DNA of 64,000 bases from an uncultured Planctomycetota bacterium (GTDB lineage: Bacteria; Planctomycetota; Planctomycetia; Isosphaerales; Isosphaeraceae): positions 32,001 through 96,000 of the forward strand of contig CAWJTV010000012.1 of NCBI GenBank assembly GCA_963845755.1. Direction: 5' to 3'. The notes under the pieces were generated by a model. That model searched no databases. It was not told the origin of the DNA and was given only the letters and a program-made list of their open reading frames with translations. The position numbers and the translations under genes were made by a program. Positions 1-11,886 of the stretch are shown in pieces. Every line of letters starts with the position of its first letter. Position 1 is the stretch's first letter.

Positions 1-612
1 CGCCGCCAGGGCGATGGGCATCGGGTTACCGGTCGAAGGCAGAGTCACGATTCCGAAAAGGCCAAAGAGCAATGCCAGCGTCCGGCCGATAGTTGCGGCA
101 ATCGTCGTCGCCTGGGAGCGACCGAGCCATCCACCGAGCAGAGCCCTCAAGACACGCCCTCCGTCCATCGGGAAAGCCGGTATTAGATTAAACAAGCCAA
201 GGACCAGGTTCATCTTCAAGAGGAAGCCCAGCGCCGTGTTCCCGGCAAGCTCCACCAGACCAATCGAGCCTAGACCGGTCAGCACTCCGACAATGGCGAA
301 GTTGACCGCCGGCCCGGCCAGTGCAATCAACAGTTCAGCGCCAGGTGCCCGTGGCATGCGTCGCAGCCTCGCCACACCCCCGATAGGATACAGCGTGATA
401 TCTTCCGTCTCGATCCCGAACCGTCTGGCCATCAAGGCATGACCGAACTCATGGAGCAACACACACCCGAAGACCGAAAGTACGAGGAGCACGGACAACA
501 GGCCACCACTAAGGACGCCTGGGAGGAGCAAGACAAACAAAAAAGTCGGGTGCAGGTATACGTCGATTCCCGCAAACCGACCGAGTTTCCAAGAGACTCG
601 CATCCGAATCAT
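1..612 (-). CDS. Site-2 protease family (M50) zinc metalloprotease, 3' end runs off the window
   Basis: Manual minus-strand translation from ATG 612/603: MRVSWKLGRFAGIDVYLHPTF...LLHEFGH (HExxH)...IALAGPAVN...FNLIPAFPMDGGR. Not in the ORF track because no stop lies in the window. Confidence 0.9.
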   Translation of the reverse strand, partial: MIRMRVSWKLGRFAGIDVYLHPTFLFVLLLPGVLSGGLLSVLLVLSVFGCVLLHEFGHALMARRFGIETEDITLYPIGGVARLRRMPRAPGAELLIALAGPAVNFAIVGVLTGLGSIGLVELAGNTALGFLLKMNLVLGLFNLIPAFPMDGGRVLRALLGGWLGRSQATTIAATIGRTLALLFGLFGIVTLPSTGNPMPIALAA

Positions 613-828
613 GATCCTTTCTCCGAAGGCATTGGCCTTCGGTCCCTTCCCTATATTGTACTTCGTTGTCAATTTGAGGAAAGTTCGCTCTCTTTGATCT
701 TCGAGTCCGTGCGGGCTCTGGACGATCTCAGAACCGGCATTCGGGACTCGGCCGATGCCAATGACGGACGATTCCCATCGAGTAGGGGTTGAACGGGATC
801 TGCCGGAGTAATCTGAGGCTGAGGAACT

Positions 829-2100
829 TCAGCGTTCCAGGATGCCCGGCCGTGGAATGATGAATCCCTTAACCGCAACATCGATTTGTGGCCAGTCCTG
901 GCATGCAGTCACGACCTCGTAACCGCGGGTGTCAACGACGATCGTGTCCTCGGTGCGAGCCGCCCCGACGCTGGGACTCCAGGAAAGTGCGGTGTCGCTC
1001 TCCAGGACCAGGCTACTATCGGGCCTGAGGACGGTTTCGCGGGGCGAGTAACCCACGAGGGTCCCCTGGTAGTCGAGGGTCCACTCATGCGGATGGTCGA
1101 ACTTCTCGTAAATACGCTTGGCACGACGGAAAACTTCGGAGACGGGTTCATTGGGACGTGAGAAGAAAATGCAGGTGGCATCGACCATGGTCGCCAGCGA
1201 ATGATGGGCCTTGTGCTCGGCGTCGACGGGCCCGAAAGCGACGGAGCGCGTGACCGAGGCGCAGAGCCCGTGGCGGCGGCCGGTGACGGCGATTGTTGCG
1301 CGCTTGAGGATGGGCGAGGCCTTGAAGATCGGCTGGCGGAACCGGGCCAGGCGATCGTCGCTGGCCACCCGCAGATCGACGGGCATCACGCCTTCGCGGA
1401 TCAGTCGGTGGGCCAAGTGGCCGGCCACGTCGGCCTCGCGTTCGCCCCGATCGAAGTTGCGGCATGTCGCCTCGACGGCCAGGGTCAACGTACGTCCCAA
1501 TTCGCGGAGTCTTTGCCTCTCCAAACCAGTCAGCCGGCGCCGTAGAGCGCGGAGCGCATCGCCCTCGCGACGCACCGGCGAGCAGCCATACCCTCCCATG
1601 TCGGTCGCCACCCGCTTGTTATGACAAAGCTCCGCAACGACCTGGAACGGGTCGTCATACCACGGCCGCTCCTTGAGTTGGAAACCCAGCCCCGCCAGCT
1701 CTTCCTCGAATACGCGGCTGCTCTGCACGTTGTCCGAGATCACCGCGCGGCAATTGCGATTGATGAACAGGAGGACCGCCCCGATGCCCGAGCACAGATC
1801 CCGACTCAGGTCGCCTCCCGAGGTGAACCAGGACACGGAGTCGGCCATCCCCAGCACCACGGCGTCGTGGCCGGTCTCATCCAGGAATCGACGAATCCGC
1901 TCGTGTTTCTCTTCCACGTCTTCGCGACGACGCTTCAATTCCCCGTCGCCATGATCGGCCGCGGGATCCGGGAGTGCCGGCAGGGAATCGTGGTGCGGGC
2001 GGTCCGCCGCGGTGTGAAGCACGCGATCGAATTCCATCGTCAAGTCGAGTGCACCGGGAACCGACGAACTCAAGCCGACGAGATGAAACGCGGTCGCCAT
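829..2100 (-). CDS. M24 family (Xaa-Pro peptidase-like) protein
   Basis: Creatinase-like N-terminus and pita-bread-like C-terminus (HPHEW...QG...GY, SWSPSVGAARTEDT). AAGGAG RBS before ATG 2100. Confidence 0.75.
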   Translation of the reverse strand: MATAFHLVGLSSSVPGALDLTMEFDRVLHTAADRPHHDSLPALPDPAADHGDGELKRRREDVEEKHERIRRFLDETGHDAVVLGMADSVSWFTSGGDLSRDLCSGIGAVLLFINRNCRAVISDNVQSSRVFEEELAGLGFQLKERPWYDDPFQVVAELCHNKRVATDMGGYGCSPVRREGDALRALRRRLTGLERQRLRELGRTLTLAVEATCRNFDRGEREADVAGHLAHRLIREGVMPVDLRVASDDRLARFRQPIFKASPILKRATIAVTGRRHGLCASVTRSVAFGPVDAEHKAHHSLATMVDATCIFFSRPNEPVSEVFRRAKRIYEKFDHPHEWTLDYQGTLVGYSPRETVLRPDSSLVLESDTALSWSPSVGAARTEDTIVVDTRGYEVVTACQDWPQIDVAVKGFIIPRPGILER

Positions 2101-2192
2101 GGATGCATCTCCTTGAGACGAACCCGAACTCCTACCGACCAGAGGTAGTCCTAGCGATATCCATTTCGTGTGCGTGCGAAAACAGGAAGGGT

Positions 2193-3251
2193 TCACTCAT
2201 CGTTCCACGTTCTCCCAAGAAATTCAAGGAGGCGGGGAATTAAATCCGCATAATGCGCGGGGAAATCCAGATCATGGCCGCCTGGAACGAGAATGAGCTC
2301 ATTTGGAACCCCTGCCGCAGTCAATGCAGCGGCCATCGTCGTGGACTGGCTAACAGGTATGAGCGGGTCTCGGGTACCGTGTACCAGCAGCATCGGCGAA
2401 TCGCTGGGCGAAACATGATCGATCGGTGAGGCCGCGGCATAACTCACGGGGATCTGTTGTGGCGATCCCCCGAGGAACTGGTGGGCCGCGAGGCCCGCCC
2501 AGTGACTCTCGGTGGGAAGGACCGACAGATTGGTCGGCGTCGAAAATGCAATGACAGCATTGACTTGAGTCGAGACATTCGAGAGAGGGTCTTGTCCCGG
2601 TTCCGTTCCGAGCAATGCCGCAAGATTCGCGCCGGCCGACTCGCCGATCGCCGCGACCCGATCCGGATCGATCCCCAGCTCGCCTACATGGGTGCGTACC
2701 CAGCCGACCACCGCCTGGACGTCCTCCAGATTGACTGGCCAGCTCGGACGCCCCGGTGCCGAAAGCTCATAATTCGGCGCAATCACAACATATCCCAGGC
2801 GCACGAAGGCGCTGGCGATCCGTTGCCCATAACCATCTTTGTTGAGTTTTCGCCACCCTCCTCCATGGATGGCAATGAGCACCGGCCGGCCGGCCGATGG
2901 GACCGGGCCATCCGGAAGATAGACGTTGAGCTGCTCCGCGGGTCCCGAGGGGGTCGGATAGTTCAGATTCGACTCGACGATCCCACGGAAGCCAATACGT
3001 CCAACACCGGCGCGATGCTCCATCGGATTGACGACGCGCTCAATCAATGCCGGACTTGGCCCTCCCAGATGCAGCGGTACATGGCCTTTCAAACCAGGGG
3101 AGGAAAGCAGAGCACGACACTCCAGTCCTGACGGTCCTTCGGGCAGAAACGCGCGGCTCCGCCGGCGCCCGCCCGTTGGGACGCGATGAACGTATGGAAA
3201 CTGATGTCTTGCGGGTCGAGGAAGAGACGAATCTCGAGCGGGGCTGTTCAT
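2193..3251 (-). CDS. Alpha/beta hydrolase (esterase) with planctomycete LExRxLLS N-terminal motif
   Basis: IHGGGW oxyanion motif, GESAG nucleophile elbow, HGTRDPLIP and GGH; N-terminal RRR...LECRALLS. Start uncertain. Confidence 0.85.
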   Translation of the reverse strand: MNSPARDSSLPRPARHQFPYVHRVPTGGRRRSRAFLPEGPSGLECRALLSSPGLKGHVPLHLGGPSPALIERVVNPMEHRAGVGRIGFRGIVESNLNYPTPSGPAEQLNVYLPDGPVPSAGRPVLIAIHGGGWRKLNKDGYGQRIASAFVRLGYVVIAPNYELSAPGRPSWPVNLEDVQAVVGWVRTHVGELGIDPDRVAAIGESAGANLAALLGTEPGQDPLSNVSTQVNAVIAFSTPTNLSVLPTESHWAGLAAHQFLGGSPQQIPVSYAAASPIDHVSPSDSPMLLVHGTRDPLIPVSQSTTMAAALTAAGVPNELILVPGGHDLDFPAHYADLIPRLLEFLGRTWNDE

Positions 3252-3534
3252 GGGATGGACTTCATGATGTCGGACGCGATGGATGACGGGTTCGTGCGTT
3301 CCCGGTGAACGCCGTTGCCTTTTGCGCGGCGCAAGCCTCGTCGACCTTTGACCTTCCAGAGCCTCAGACTGTGCGCCTGAAATGAGCTTTCCACACAATT
3401 CGCAGGAAGGCAAGGATATCGGAATCCCGATTTCCTTCGTGCAGCCTCTTAAATCAACTTGCGAAATGAGCGAGTCAAGAACGTGGGCGACCGACGCATG
3501 CCTGATCGAACCAGCCCACCAATGCGCGGCTAAT

Positions 3535-4989
3535 TCACGCAAGCAAACCCTTGAGCACGCGACCGCCGACGTCGGTGAGCCGCTCGTCGCGGCCGTTGTG
3601 CAGAAAAGTGAGCCGCCTGTGATCCAGCCCCATCAGGCGCAGGATCGTGGCGTGGATATCGTTGACGTGGGCACGGTCGGCGATGGCGTGGAGGCCGGCC
3701 TCGTCGGTGGCACCGACGATCGTGCCGCCCTTGACGCCGCCGCCGGCCATCCACATGGTGAAGCCGGTGGCGTTGTGATCGCGACCTCGGCCCCCGCCCT
3801 GACGGACGGGCGTGCGCCCGAATTCGCCGCCCCAGACGACCAGGGTCTCGTCGAGCAGGCCCGTCCGCTTGAGATCGGTCAACAAGGCGGCGACTGGTTT
3901 GTCGGTCATACCGCACATCTTCTCGTGGTTGGCGTCGATATCGTCGTGCGCGTCCCACTGCATCGCAACCGGGCCGCCGCCCGAGTAAAGCTGGACGAAC
4001 CGGACCCCGCGCTCGACTAACCGACGGGCCAGAAGGCAGCGCGTCCCGAACTCGACAGTCCGTGGATTATCCAGGCCGTAGAGCGTCCGGATGGATTCCG
4101 GCTCGCTGGCGAGGTTGACCGCCTCGGGAGCCGCGCTCTGCATCCGGAAGGCCAACTCATAGCTGGCGATCCGGGCCGAGAGTTCGGTGTCGGACGGGTC
4201 GAGGTCTTGCTCGTTCATCGCTCGGAGCAAGTCGAGCGTCCCGCGCTGCTCGGAGAGCGAGACCCCCACGGACGGCTTGAGGTTGACGATCGGAACCGGG
4301 CCGCTTCGAAACAGCGTCCCCTGGTGATGTGCGGGCAGGAACCCGGCGCCCGAGCACGGGGCGCCCCCTTCCGGTGTCCCCTCGGGCTGAGTCATCACCA
4401 CGTAGGCCGGGAGGTCCTCACTCTCGGAACCCAGGCCGTACGTCACCCAACTCCCCAGGCTCGGGAATCCCATCATGACCCGGCCGGTCGTCATCTGGTA
4501 CATCGCCGGTGCGTGGATCACGTTATCGGCATAGCAGGAACGGATCAGAGCGATGTCGTCGGCATGGGCGTGCAAGTGGGGGACGAGGTCCGACATGTCC
4601 ATCCCCGACTGCCCGTATTTCCCCCAACTGCGATGACTGCCGAGACAGAGCGGGTCGTTCTCGAGGAACTGGCTGTGGATCTTGCCGAAACTTGGCGGTA
4701 GGTGCTGACCATCGAGCCGGCTGAGGAGCGGCTTGGGGTCGAACAGGTCCATCTGGCTCGGCCCGCCCGTCATGAACAGGAAGATGCAGCGTTTGGCCTT
4801 CGCGGGGATATGGCCGGGCCGGGGGGCCAGCGGGCTTACTGGGGAAGCGGGACGCGCTCCCTGCGCGAGGAGGTCGGCCAGACCGAGCATGCCGAACCCA
4901 CAGCCGGCCACCTTGAGGAACTCGCGCCGGCTGCGCGGTAAGAACGGCTGGGGGCCGGGACAGCGGCGGGGCGTTGAATATTCGGGCAT
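3535..4989 (-). CDS. DUF1501 family protein (Tat-like SRREFLK)
   Basis: [48 protein letters not shown]. Confidence 0.92.
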   Translation of the reverse strand: MPEYSTPRRCPGPQPFLPRSRREFLKVAGCGFGMLGLADLLAQGARPASPVSPLAPRPGHIPAKAKRCIFLFMTGGPSQMDLFDPKPLLSRLDGQHLPPSFGKIHSQFLENDPLCLGSHRSWGKYGQSGMDMSDLVPHLHAHADDIALIRSCYADNVIHAPAMYQMTTGRVMMGFPSLGSWVTYGLGSESEDLPAYVVMTQPEGTPEGGAPCSGAGFLPAHHQGTLFRSGPVPIVNLKPSVGVSLSEQRGTLDLLRAMNEQDLDPSDTELSARIASYELAFRMQSAAPEAVNLASEPESIRTLYGLDNPRTVEFGTRCLLARRLVERGVRFVQLYSGGGPVAMQWDAHDDIDANHEKMCGMTDKPVAALLTDLKRTGLLDETLVVWGGEFGRTPVRQGGGRGRDHNATGFTMWMAGGGVKGGTIVGATDEAGLHAIADRAHVNDIHATILRLMGLDHRRLTFLHNGRDERLTDVGGRVLKGLLA

Positions 4990-5031
4990 GGGTTCGGTCC
5001 TCGATGATTCGAGGGAGAGACTCTCGATAAA

Positions 5032-5676
5032 TCAGACGTCTTGGTTCAGCACTGAGAACAATTCACTCAGATCGAGGTGGAATCCGGGCAGGACATCGTC
5101 GCCCTCCAGACTCTGCGAGGCTTCAAGTACCGTGAACCCTCCGTCAGGCGTATAGACCGTAATCGTCCGCGGCTTGGGATCGACCTCCCAAATCACCCGC
5201 ACGCCGGACGCGAAGTATTCATCCCGCTTCATCCTCAACTCGATCTTTGTGTTCTGTTGGTGTACCACCTCGGCGACCGAGTCAGGCACAATGGAAGAGA
5301 TGGGTTTTCTCGAGTCGTTGCTGCGTCGGATGCGGTCCCAGGAAGAATAGGCGATGTCGGGAGTCCGTACCAATCCGGGCAGCAATCGAATCCATCCAAC
5401 CGTCGCGTTGACTATTCCAAGGTCGTGGTTGTGCAGAAAGGTTCGAATTGGTTCCGACAGGACCGACACCAGCAGAGATTCAGGGTTACCCGTCGGCTTT
5501 TCCACCAGAACCCGATTTATCAGTTCGTAGAGGCGGTTGTACCTCCGCGTGCAGTCGATCAGGTCTGTCTCGGTGGCGACCCCTGGGCCTGGCGTAGCCA
5601 GCACGCGAGACAAGGGAATCTTCCCAAGCTCTTCGTAGAGATCCTGCAAGGTCCACGGCTTGCTGGGGAGTGACAT
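5032..5676 (-). CDS. Uma2/DUF820 family putative endonuclease
   Basis: ELINRVLVEK, RTPDIAY, PDSVAEV, YFASGVRVIWEVDP, LEGDDVLPGF. Confidence 0.85.
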   Translation of the reverse strand: MSLPSKPWTLQDLYEELGKIPLSRVLATPGPGVATETDLIDCTRRYNRLYELINRVLVEKPTGNPESLLVSVLSEPIRTFLHNHDLGIVNATVGWIRLLPGLVRTPDIAYSSWDRIRRSNDSRKPISSIVPDSVAEVVHQQNTKIELRMKRDEYFASGVRVIWEVDPKPRTITVYTPDGGFTVLEASQSLEGDDVLPGFHLDLSELFSVLNQDV

Positions 5677-5689
5677 CCAGTTGGCCCCC

Positions 5690-8024
5690 TCACGGCACGT
5701 AAAGGAACTCATTACAATTCAGCAATGCGAGGGCAATATCGACCCACGCCGCGGCCTCGGCCGGATCGATCCCATTGGGCTGGCGGACTTCCGTTCGACC
5801 ATCGCGGGACTGATTGCGAATCCGATCGGCCTGGGCCTTCAAGAACGATCTTGCGCGTTCGACCTCATTCGATTTCGGCGCACGGGCCAGCGCGAGTTGA
5901 TAGGCACGTCGAATCCGATCGTCGGTCTGGGCTCCTCCCTCGCGGAGAGCGCGGCCCGCGAGGACTCTGGCTCGACCGCCGGCGAAATCGCTATTGAGCA
6001 GCGTGAGAGCCTGGAGCGCGTGGGTGCTGGTTTCTCGACGAGGGCAGGCGCTCTGTGTGTCGGGCGCATCGAAGGCGTCGAAGAGCGGATAACGCACATT
6101 GCGCTTGCGGAAGAGATACAACGAACGCCTCAGGTGCTGGGACGGGTCCGGATCTTCGGGCCAGAGGTCGACAACCTCCGCCTCGGTGAAGATGAGGTCC
6201 TTGAGCTCCTTCTCGAGCGGGGCAAGGATTCCCGGACCGCCCATCTGGGGATTGAGCTCTCCCGAGACGGCGAGCATGGCATCGCGGATGCCTTCCGCAT
6301 CGAGTCGCCGGCGATTCATGTGGCTGAGCAAAGCGTTCTCGGGATCATCGGCGGCCTGCTTGGAATTCGGCAGGCTCGATTGTCGATAGGTTGCCGAGGT
6401 CACCATGAGCCGATGTAAGGATTTGAGTTTCCAGCCATCGGAGATCAACACATTCGACAGCCAATCGAGCAACTCGGGATGGGACGGAGACTCGCCGCGA
6501 ACGCCGAAGTCGCTCGGCGTGGCGACAATCCCCCGGCCGAAGTGATATTGCCAGAGCCGGTTGACGATGACACGCGCGGTCAAAGGGTTATCGGATCGGG
6601 CCAGCCAGCGAGCCAGCGCCGCGCGACGGCCGGTCTTGTCGTCCTTCGGCACGATCGAGGAATTCGTGAACGCCCCGGTCGGCTGTGTGGCCAGGATCAC
6701 GCCCGGCGGCCGAGGAGCGACCTTGGGGCCACGGTTCTGGTAATCGCCGCGTCGGAGGACGAACGTCTCGGTCTCTCTGGATTTCTGGTCAACCAGGGCC
6801 ATGGCATGTGCGGGTGGGCGCGGCAGGGTTCGTTCGATCTCGTAGATCGCGCGCTTGAGGGTCTCTCGCCGATCGTGGACGGACCGATCGGGATCGGCGG
6901 CGACGGCCGCGGCGACATCCTCCCACGTGACCCGTAGCGACGTCTCGAGTCCCGCGGCGAGCTTCTTCTGCGCAGCCGTTCGTTGCTTTGAGGGCGTGTT
7001 CATCACGACTCGCTCCTCGGGGCTCAGCATGGCGACCTTGCGATCCTTGATCGCCTTTCGATAGGGTGCCTCGAGCTGGGCGAGCTCGCGCCTTGAGTGG
7101 TGCGGATTTGGCGTGGACCGCTTTCTCGGAGACTGCGAACGCGTCGCGCTCGGTCTTCGACGCGATCGACACGTCGTCGAGCTTCGACGTGGCGAAGAAC
7201 GCCTGGAGCCGGTAGTAATCGGTCGTGGGGATCGCGTCGAACTTGTGATCGTGGCAGCGGGCGCACCCGATCGTCAGGCCGAGGAAGACCGAGCCGACGG
7301 TGCCGGTGATCTCCGAGAGTTCCGACTGCCGCTTGACCTCGGGGATCACGTTGCCGCCCACGACCTCGCGTGGGCCGCACCGGCAGAACCCCGTGGCGAT
7401 CAGGGCGTTTCGATCGCCGGCCTTGAGGTCGTCTCCGGCAACCTGCAGCTCGAGGAAGCGATCGTAGGGCAGATCGGCGTTCAAGGACCGGATGACCCAG
7501 TCCCGGTATCGCCAGGCATCCGGGCGTTCGGCGTCGAGCTCGAAACCGTTGGAGTCGGCGTAATGCGCCAGGTCCAACCAGTGTTGTCCCCACTTCTCTC
7601 CATACCTCGGGCTGGCCAGCAAGCGATCGACCAGGCGCTCGTAAGCATCCGGCCTGTGGTCGCCAAGGAACGCGGCTGTGTCCTCGGGCGATGGCGGAAG
7701 CCCGGTCAAGTCGAAAGTGACCCGGCGGATCAAGGCCACGCGCTCGGCATCGGGAGCGGGTGACCAGTCTACCTCCTCCAGCACCGCCAGGATGAACCGG
7801 TCGATCGGATTGCGTACCCATCCGACGGCCTTGACCCTCGGCGGCTCGATGATCTTTAGCGGCTGGTAGGCCCAATGACTCCGCTGTTCGCTGGTGAAAG
7901 ACTCGGGCGGGGCGAACCCGTCGGACTGAGCGGGAGGCTCGCTCGCCATCGTGAGCGGGAGGATCGGGAGGAGTATCGCAAGGGGGATCAGGGCGATTCT
8001 GCGAACAGCCACAGCCATGGACAT
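5690..8024 (-). CDS. DUF1549/DUF1553 (PSCyt2/PSD1) protein, apparent frameshift near 7090
   Basis: NPIDRFI, LIRRVTFDLTGLPP, CARCHDHKFD (CxxCH) in ORF 6789..8069; NPLTARVIVNRLWQYHFGRGIV and HPELLDWL in ORF 5690..7030. Confidence 0.9.
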
Positions 8025-8256
8025 CCCTTCGATGAGGGCCGCGCGCGGGCATCCCTGGCAGGGCCCCACGCCTTCTTGAGCGGCAAGTCATTCGTGGAGA
8101 AGTGCCGCCGGTCGGGACCGGACTTGCCCGTCTTGGTTGATCATTGCCACTTGTGACTCGCCGATGGCACCTACCAATTGTGCAGGAATGGGCCATCGGC
8201 GACAAGGGTCAGGGACACGAAGTGTCTTGGCGCGTTCAGTCGCGACTCCATCATCG

Positions 8257-9588
8257 TCAGACGAGTTCCCGAATCACCCTGCCGTCATAATTGATCTGGA
8301 TCGGCCGTCCGTCCGGAGTCTGATGGGTGGTGTCGAGGGGGATTCCCAAACATTGATAGAGGGTCGCCGCGACATCCTCGGTGTAATAGGGGGCTTCGGT
8401 CGGCTGTTCCGCCAGGGCATTCGTTCGCCCGACGGCGATGCCCGGCCGCAGGCCGCCGCCGGCCATCAGGGCGATGCCCGCCGTTCAACCAGTGATCGCG
8501 CCCAGCCGAGGGGTTGACCTTCGGGGTCCGCCCGAAATCGCTGAGGACGAGGACCAACGTCGAGTCGAGCTGACCGCGGGTCGATAGGTCGCAGAGCAGG
8601 CCGGAGAGGGCCGAGTCCAGGCGCGGAAGAAGGCGACTCTTGAGCGCGCTGAAGTTGTTCTGATGGGTGTCCCAGCCGCCGTCGGTCACCGTGACGAACC
8701 GGACGCCGGCCTCGATGAGGCGACGGGCCAGCAAGCACCCCTGACCGAGCGAGTTCCGCCCGAAACGGTCACGTAGCCGCGGGTCTTCGGAATGGATGTC
8801 GAATGCCTTCTTGGCGTGGGGTGCCGTGACCAGGTTGTATGCTTTTTGGTAGAACGTACCTGCCGCTTGAAGCGGCGTCGGGCTCGAGTCGTCCTCCATC
8901 CGGCGCTGCCAGGTATCCACTGTCTGGAGGGCGTTCATTCGCCGCTGGAACCGGACGCGATCAACGCCACCGGGAAGCACGACATCCCGTACCGTGAAAC
9001 CTGGGCGCGACGCATCTCCGGGCAACACGAACGGGTTGTATTGATCGCCGAGGAACCCGGCCACCCCCCCACCGAATCGCTGATCGATCGAGGCCCCAAC
9101 CTGTACGTAAGGAGGCATCGCGTTGCGGTCTCCCTCCTGCTTCGCGATGACCGCCCCGTACGACGGGTAGACCACCGAAGGATTGAAGGGATGCCCGGAC
9201 ATCATGTAGGCATCCGCCACACCGTGCGACCCATTCTTGGGATTGAGCGAACGGAGAATGGAATACTTCTCCTGGTGCTGGGCGAGCTGGGGCAACGGGT
9301 CGCAGATCTGAATCCCCGGCACCTTGGTCGCGATCGCCCCGAACTCGCCGCGGATCTCCTCGGGGGCCTTCGGCTTCGGATCGAAACTGTCGATGTGGCT
9401 GATGCCACCTTGAAGCCAGATGAGGATGCACGAGACTTCCCGACGGGTTTCTCCCCCCGAAGCCCGCGCCGGAGTTCCAGCAGTGTCGGTAAACACAAAC
9501 CGAGCGCAGCCAGGGAGCCGACCTGAATTACATCCCGTCGCGTCACTCTGTCGCAGGTTCGTTTCGAACCCAGCATCAACTCGAACAT
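8257..9588 (-). CDS. DUF1501 family protein, apparent frameshifts near 9460 and 8480
   Basis: TRRDVIQVG N-terminus; ILIWLQGGISHIDSFDPKP, GWDTHQNNF, DFGRTPKVN, GRDHW; C-terminal MAGGG...EDVAATLY in ORF 8257..8466. Confidence 0.88.
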
Positions 9589-9859
9589 CGGACCCTCCCC
9601 CTTCGATCACGTTCGGGACGGATCTCCGAACTCTCGATCGCCAGGACACCCGACAACCTCGATGATCGTCGAGTATTTGAGGAAAGTTTAACATTCGGTT
9701 TGTCGTCTGGACAAGGTGGTGATGGCGCACGTTCTGCGCTCCGGCTCAATGGCGCCTGTCTGAGATCGTCTCGCGTCTGACCTATCGAAGGCTTACGCTG
9801 GATGATCGAAGTGGAAGGACGATGATCGGATCCCGGACTTCGAAGTGAGAGGAGACTCC

Positions 9860-11016
9860 TTGGCGGAGATCAATTTGAAGCAGCTTTCGAAGGGTTTTGG
9901 AGGAGGAATCCCGGTCCTCGAAGCCATCGATTTGAATATCCGTTCCGGCGAGCTGCTGGTCGTGTTGGGGCCATCCGGGTCGGGGAAAACGACTTTGTTG
10001 CGACTCATCGCCGGTCTGGAGTCACCGAGCTCGGGCCGGGTTTGGATCGACGGTCGTGATGCAACCTCGGTCCGACCGGCTCGTCGAGACGTGGCCATGG
10101 TTTTCCAGCAGCCTGCCCTCTACCCCCATTTGACGGTCTTCGACAACCTCGCGTTCGGTCTGCGCGCGCCGGGGCATTCCCCGGAATCAGATTCGGTCCA
10201 AGGTGAATACGATCGCCGGACTGCTGGGACTGGACTCGCTCCTGGCCCGTCGACCAGGCACACTCTCTGGAGGCGAACGCCAGCGCGTGGCGATCGGCCG
10301 CTCGATCGTGCGACAACCGCGCGTGCTCCTCTTCGACGAGCCGTTCTCGAGCCTCGACCTGCCACTGCGCGTCGGCACTGCGCGAGGAAGTGGTTGAGCT
10401 TCACCGCCAGTTCGGGACGACGTGGATCCTCGTGACGCACGATCAGGCCGAAGCGCTCCTCTTGGGTGATCGAGTCGCCGTCCTCGATCGCGGCCGACTG
10501 CTCCAGTGCGGCCCACCCCGAGCGATCTACCAACAACCAACGAACCGGTTTGTCGCCACTTTCGTCGGTTCACCACCGATGAACATCCTGGCCTGCGAGG
10601 TCGAACGCGACGGCGACCGCCTCCAAATCCACGTCATCGCGGCGAAGCAAGGGTTGAGCTGGCCCATGGCCGGCAGTGGGCCGCCCGCCGTATGGCTGGA
10701 GGGGATCGACCGCATCGAACTCGGACTCCGGCCCGAAGCGATCAGCGTACGGACGTATGGCCCATCCTCGGAAGCCCCACCCTCGTCGCCAACGTTCCCG
10801 GCGCAGGTCCTCCGGCTGGAGTTTAACGGACCCGACCTCCTCGCCACCCTGGCCCTCGGTCCTCATCTCCTGGTGGCCCGTGTGCCCGCCAGCCAGCCCA
10901 TCTCTGAGCGGGAAGTTGTCCAGGTCGTCCTCGACCTCGACCGGGCCGTCTGGTTCGACCCCGCGACGGGCCGAGCATTGAATCTCGGTGGACAGGCGGC
11001 GACTAGTTCAACGTGA
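9860..11016 (+). CDS. ABC transporter ATP-binding protein (MalK/UgpC-like), apparent frameshifts
   Basis: Walker [10 protein letters not shown], signature [13 protein letters not shown], Walker [17 protein letters not shown] and a TOBE-like tail spread over three frames. TTG start after AGGAG. Confidence 0.88.
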
Positions 11017-11505
11017 TCAGTCCGCCGCGGAAGTCCAGCATCAGGATCCGCTCGCGGAGGAAGGCGAGACCGAGAACGCCGTCAATGTTGGCGTCGGAAC
11101 GATTGCGAGAATCAAGAGTGGAGATCCGTCCGGCTCCAACCATGAATGATCGGTGCAGCAAGAGCCCAAGATCACGCGAGACTCGGAGACAAACGCAAGA
11201 GCCGTCCTGCGTCCGGGAGGCATTGGAATCGTCCAGTCCGGGGTATCAGCTCTCGAGTTCCGGCGGGAGTAACCCCCGAATCGCGTGTGGAAAAGACAAC
11301 GTCTGGCGACCTCTTCCTTCCGTTCCTCTGCCGATTCATACGCAATCGCCAATTCATGAGCTAATCTTGGATCGAGAGATCGAGCGGGTCAGGGGTCCGG
11401 ACCGGAAAAACCCCTTGGCCATGGCCAAGGCGAGATCGGACCCGCTCGTCGAGCCGACTTGCAACCCGATGGAATTCTTCGACTACGAGGAGACCTACCG
11501 AAGCG

Positions 11506-11886
11506 ATGAGCCAGCACATCCTCGTCATCGAAGATGATCCAATGAATCTCGATATGATCACTCAACGTCTAGAGTTGAGGGGCTATTGCGTCGCGGGAGC
11601 CGTGGACGGCCCGGAGGGGATCGAGCTGGCCGTCCTGGAGACGCCCGACCTGATCCTGATGGACGTCAGCCTACCGGGAATGGACGGCTGGGAGGTCACG
11701 CGTCGCCTCAAGGCCGAGGCAGCCACCCGGCACATCCCGGTCGTCGCGCTGACGGCGCACGCCATGGCGAGCGATCGGGACAGGGCCGTACAGGCCGGTT
11801 GCGACGAATACGTCACCAAGCCCGTAGATTTCCAGCGGCTGCTTGCGAAGATGGAAACGCTCCTCGGACGAAAGGCGATGGCATGA
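11506..11886 (+). CDS. Single-domain response regulator (DivK/CheY-like)
   Basis: ILVIEDD, PDLILMDVSLPGMDG, ALTAHAM, YVTKP. Confidence 0.93.
   Translation: MSQHILVIEDDPMNLDMITQRLELRGYCVAGAVDGPEGIELAVLETPDLILMDVSLPGMDGWEVTRRLKAEAATRHIPVVALTAHAMASDRDRAVQAGCDEYVTKPVDFQRLLAKMETLLGRKAMA

Noticed and set aside
11017..11505. Possible small genes between the ABC ATPase and the response regulator
   Set aside because: The candidate ORFs have no recognisable motifs or clear RBS; left unannotated.
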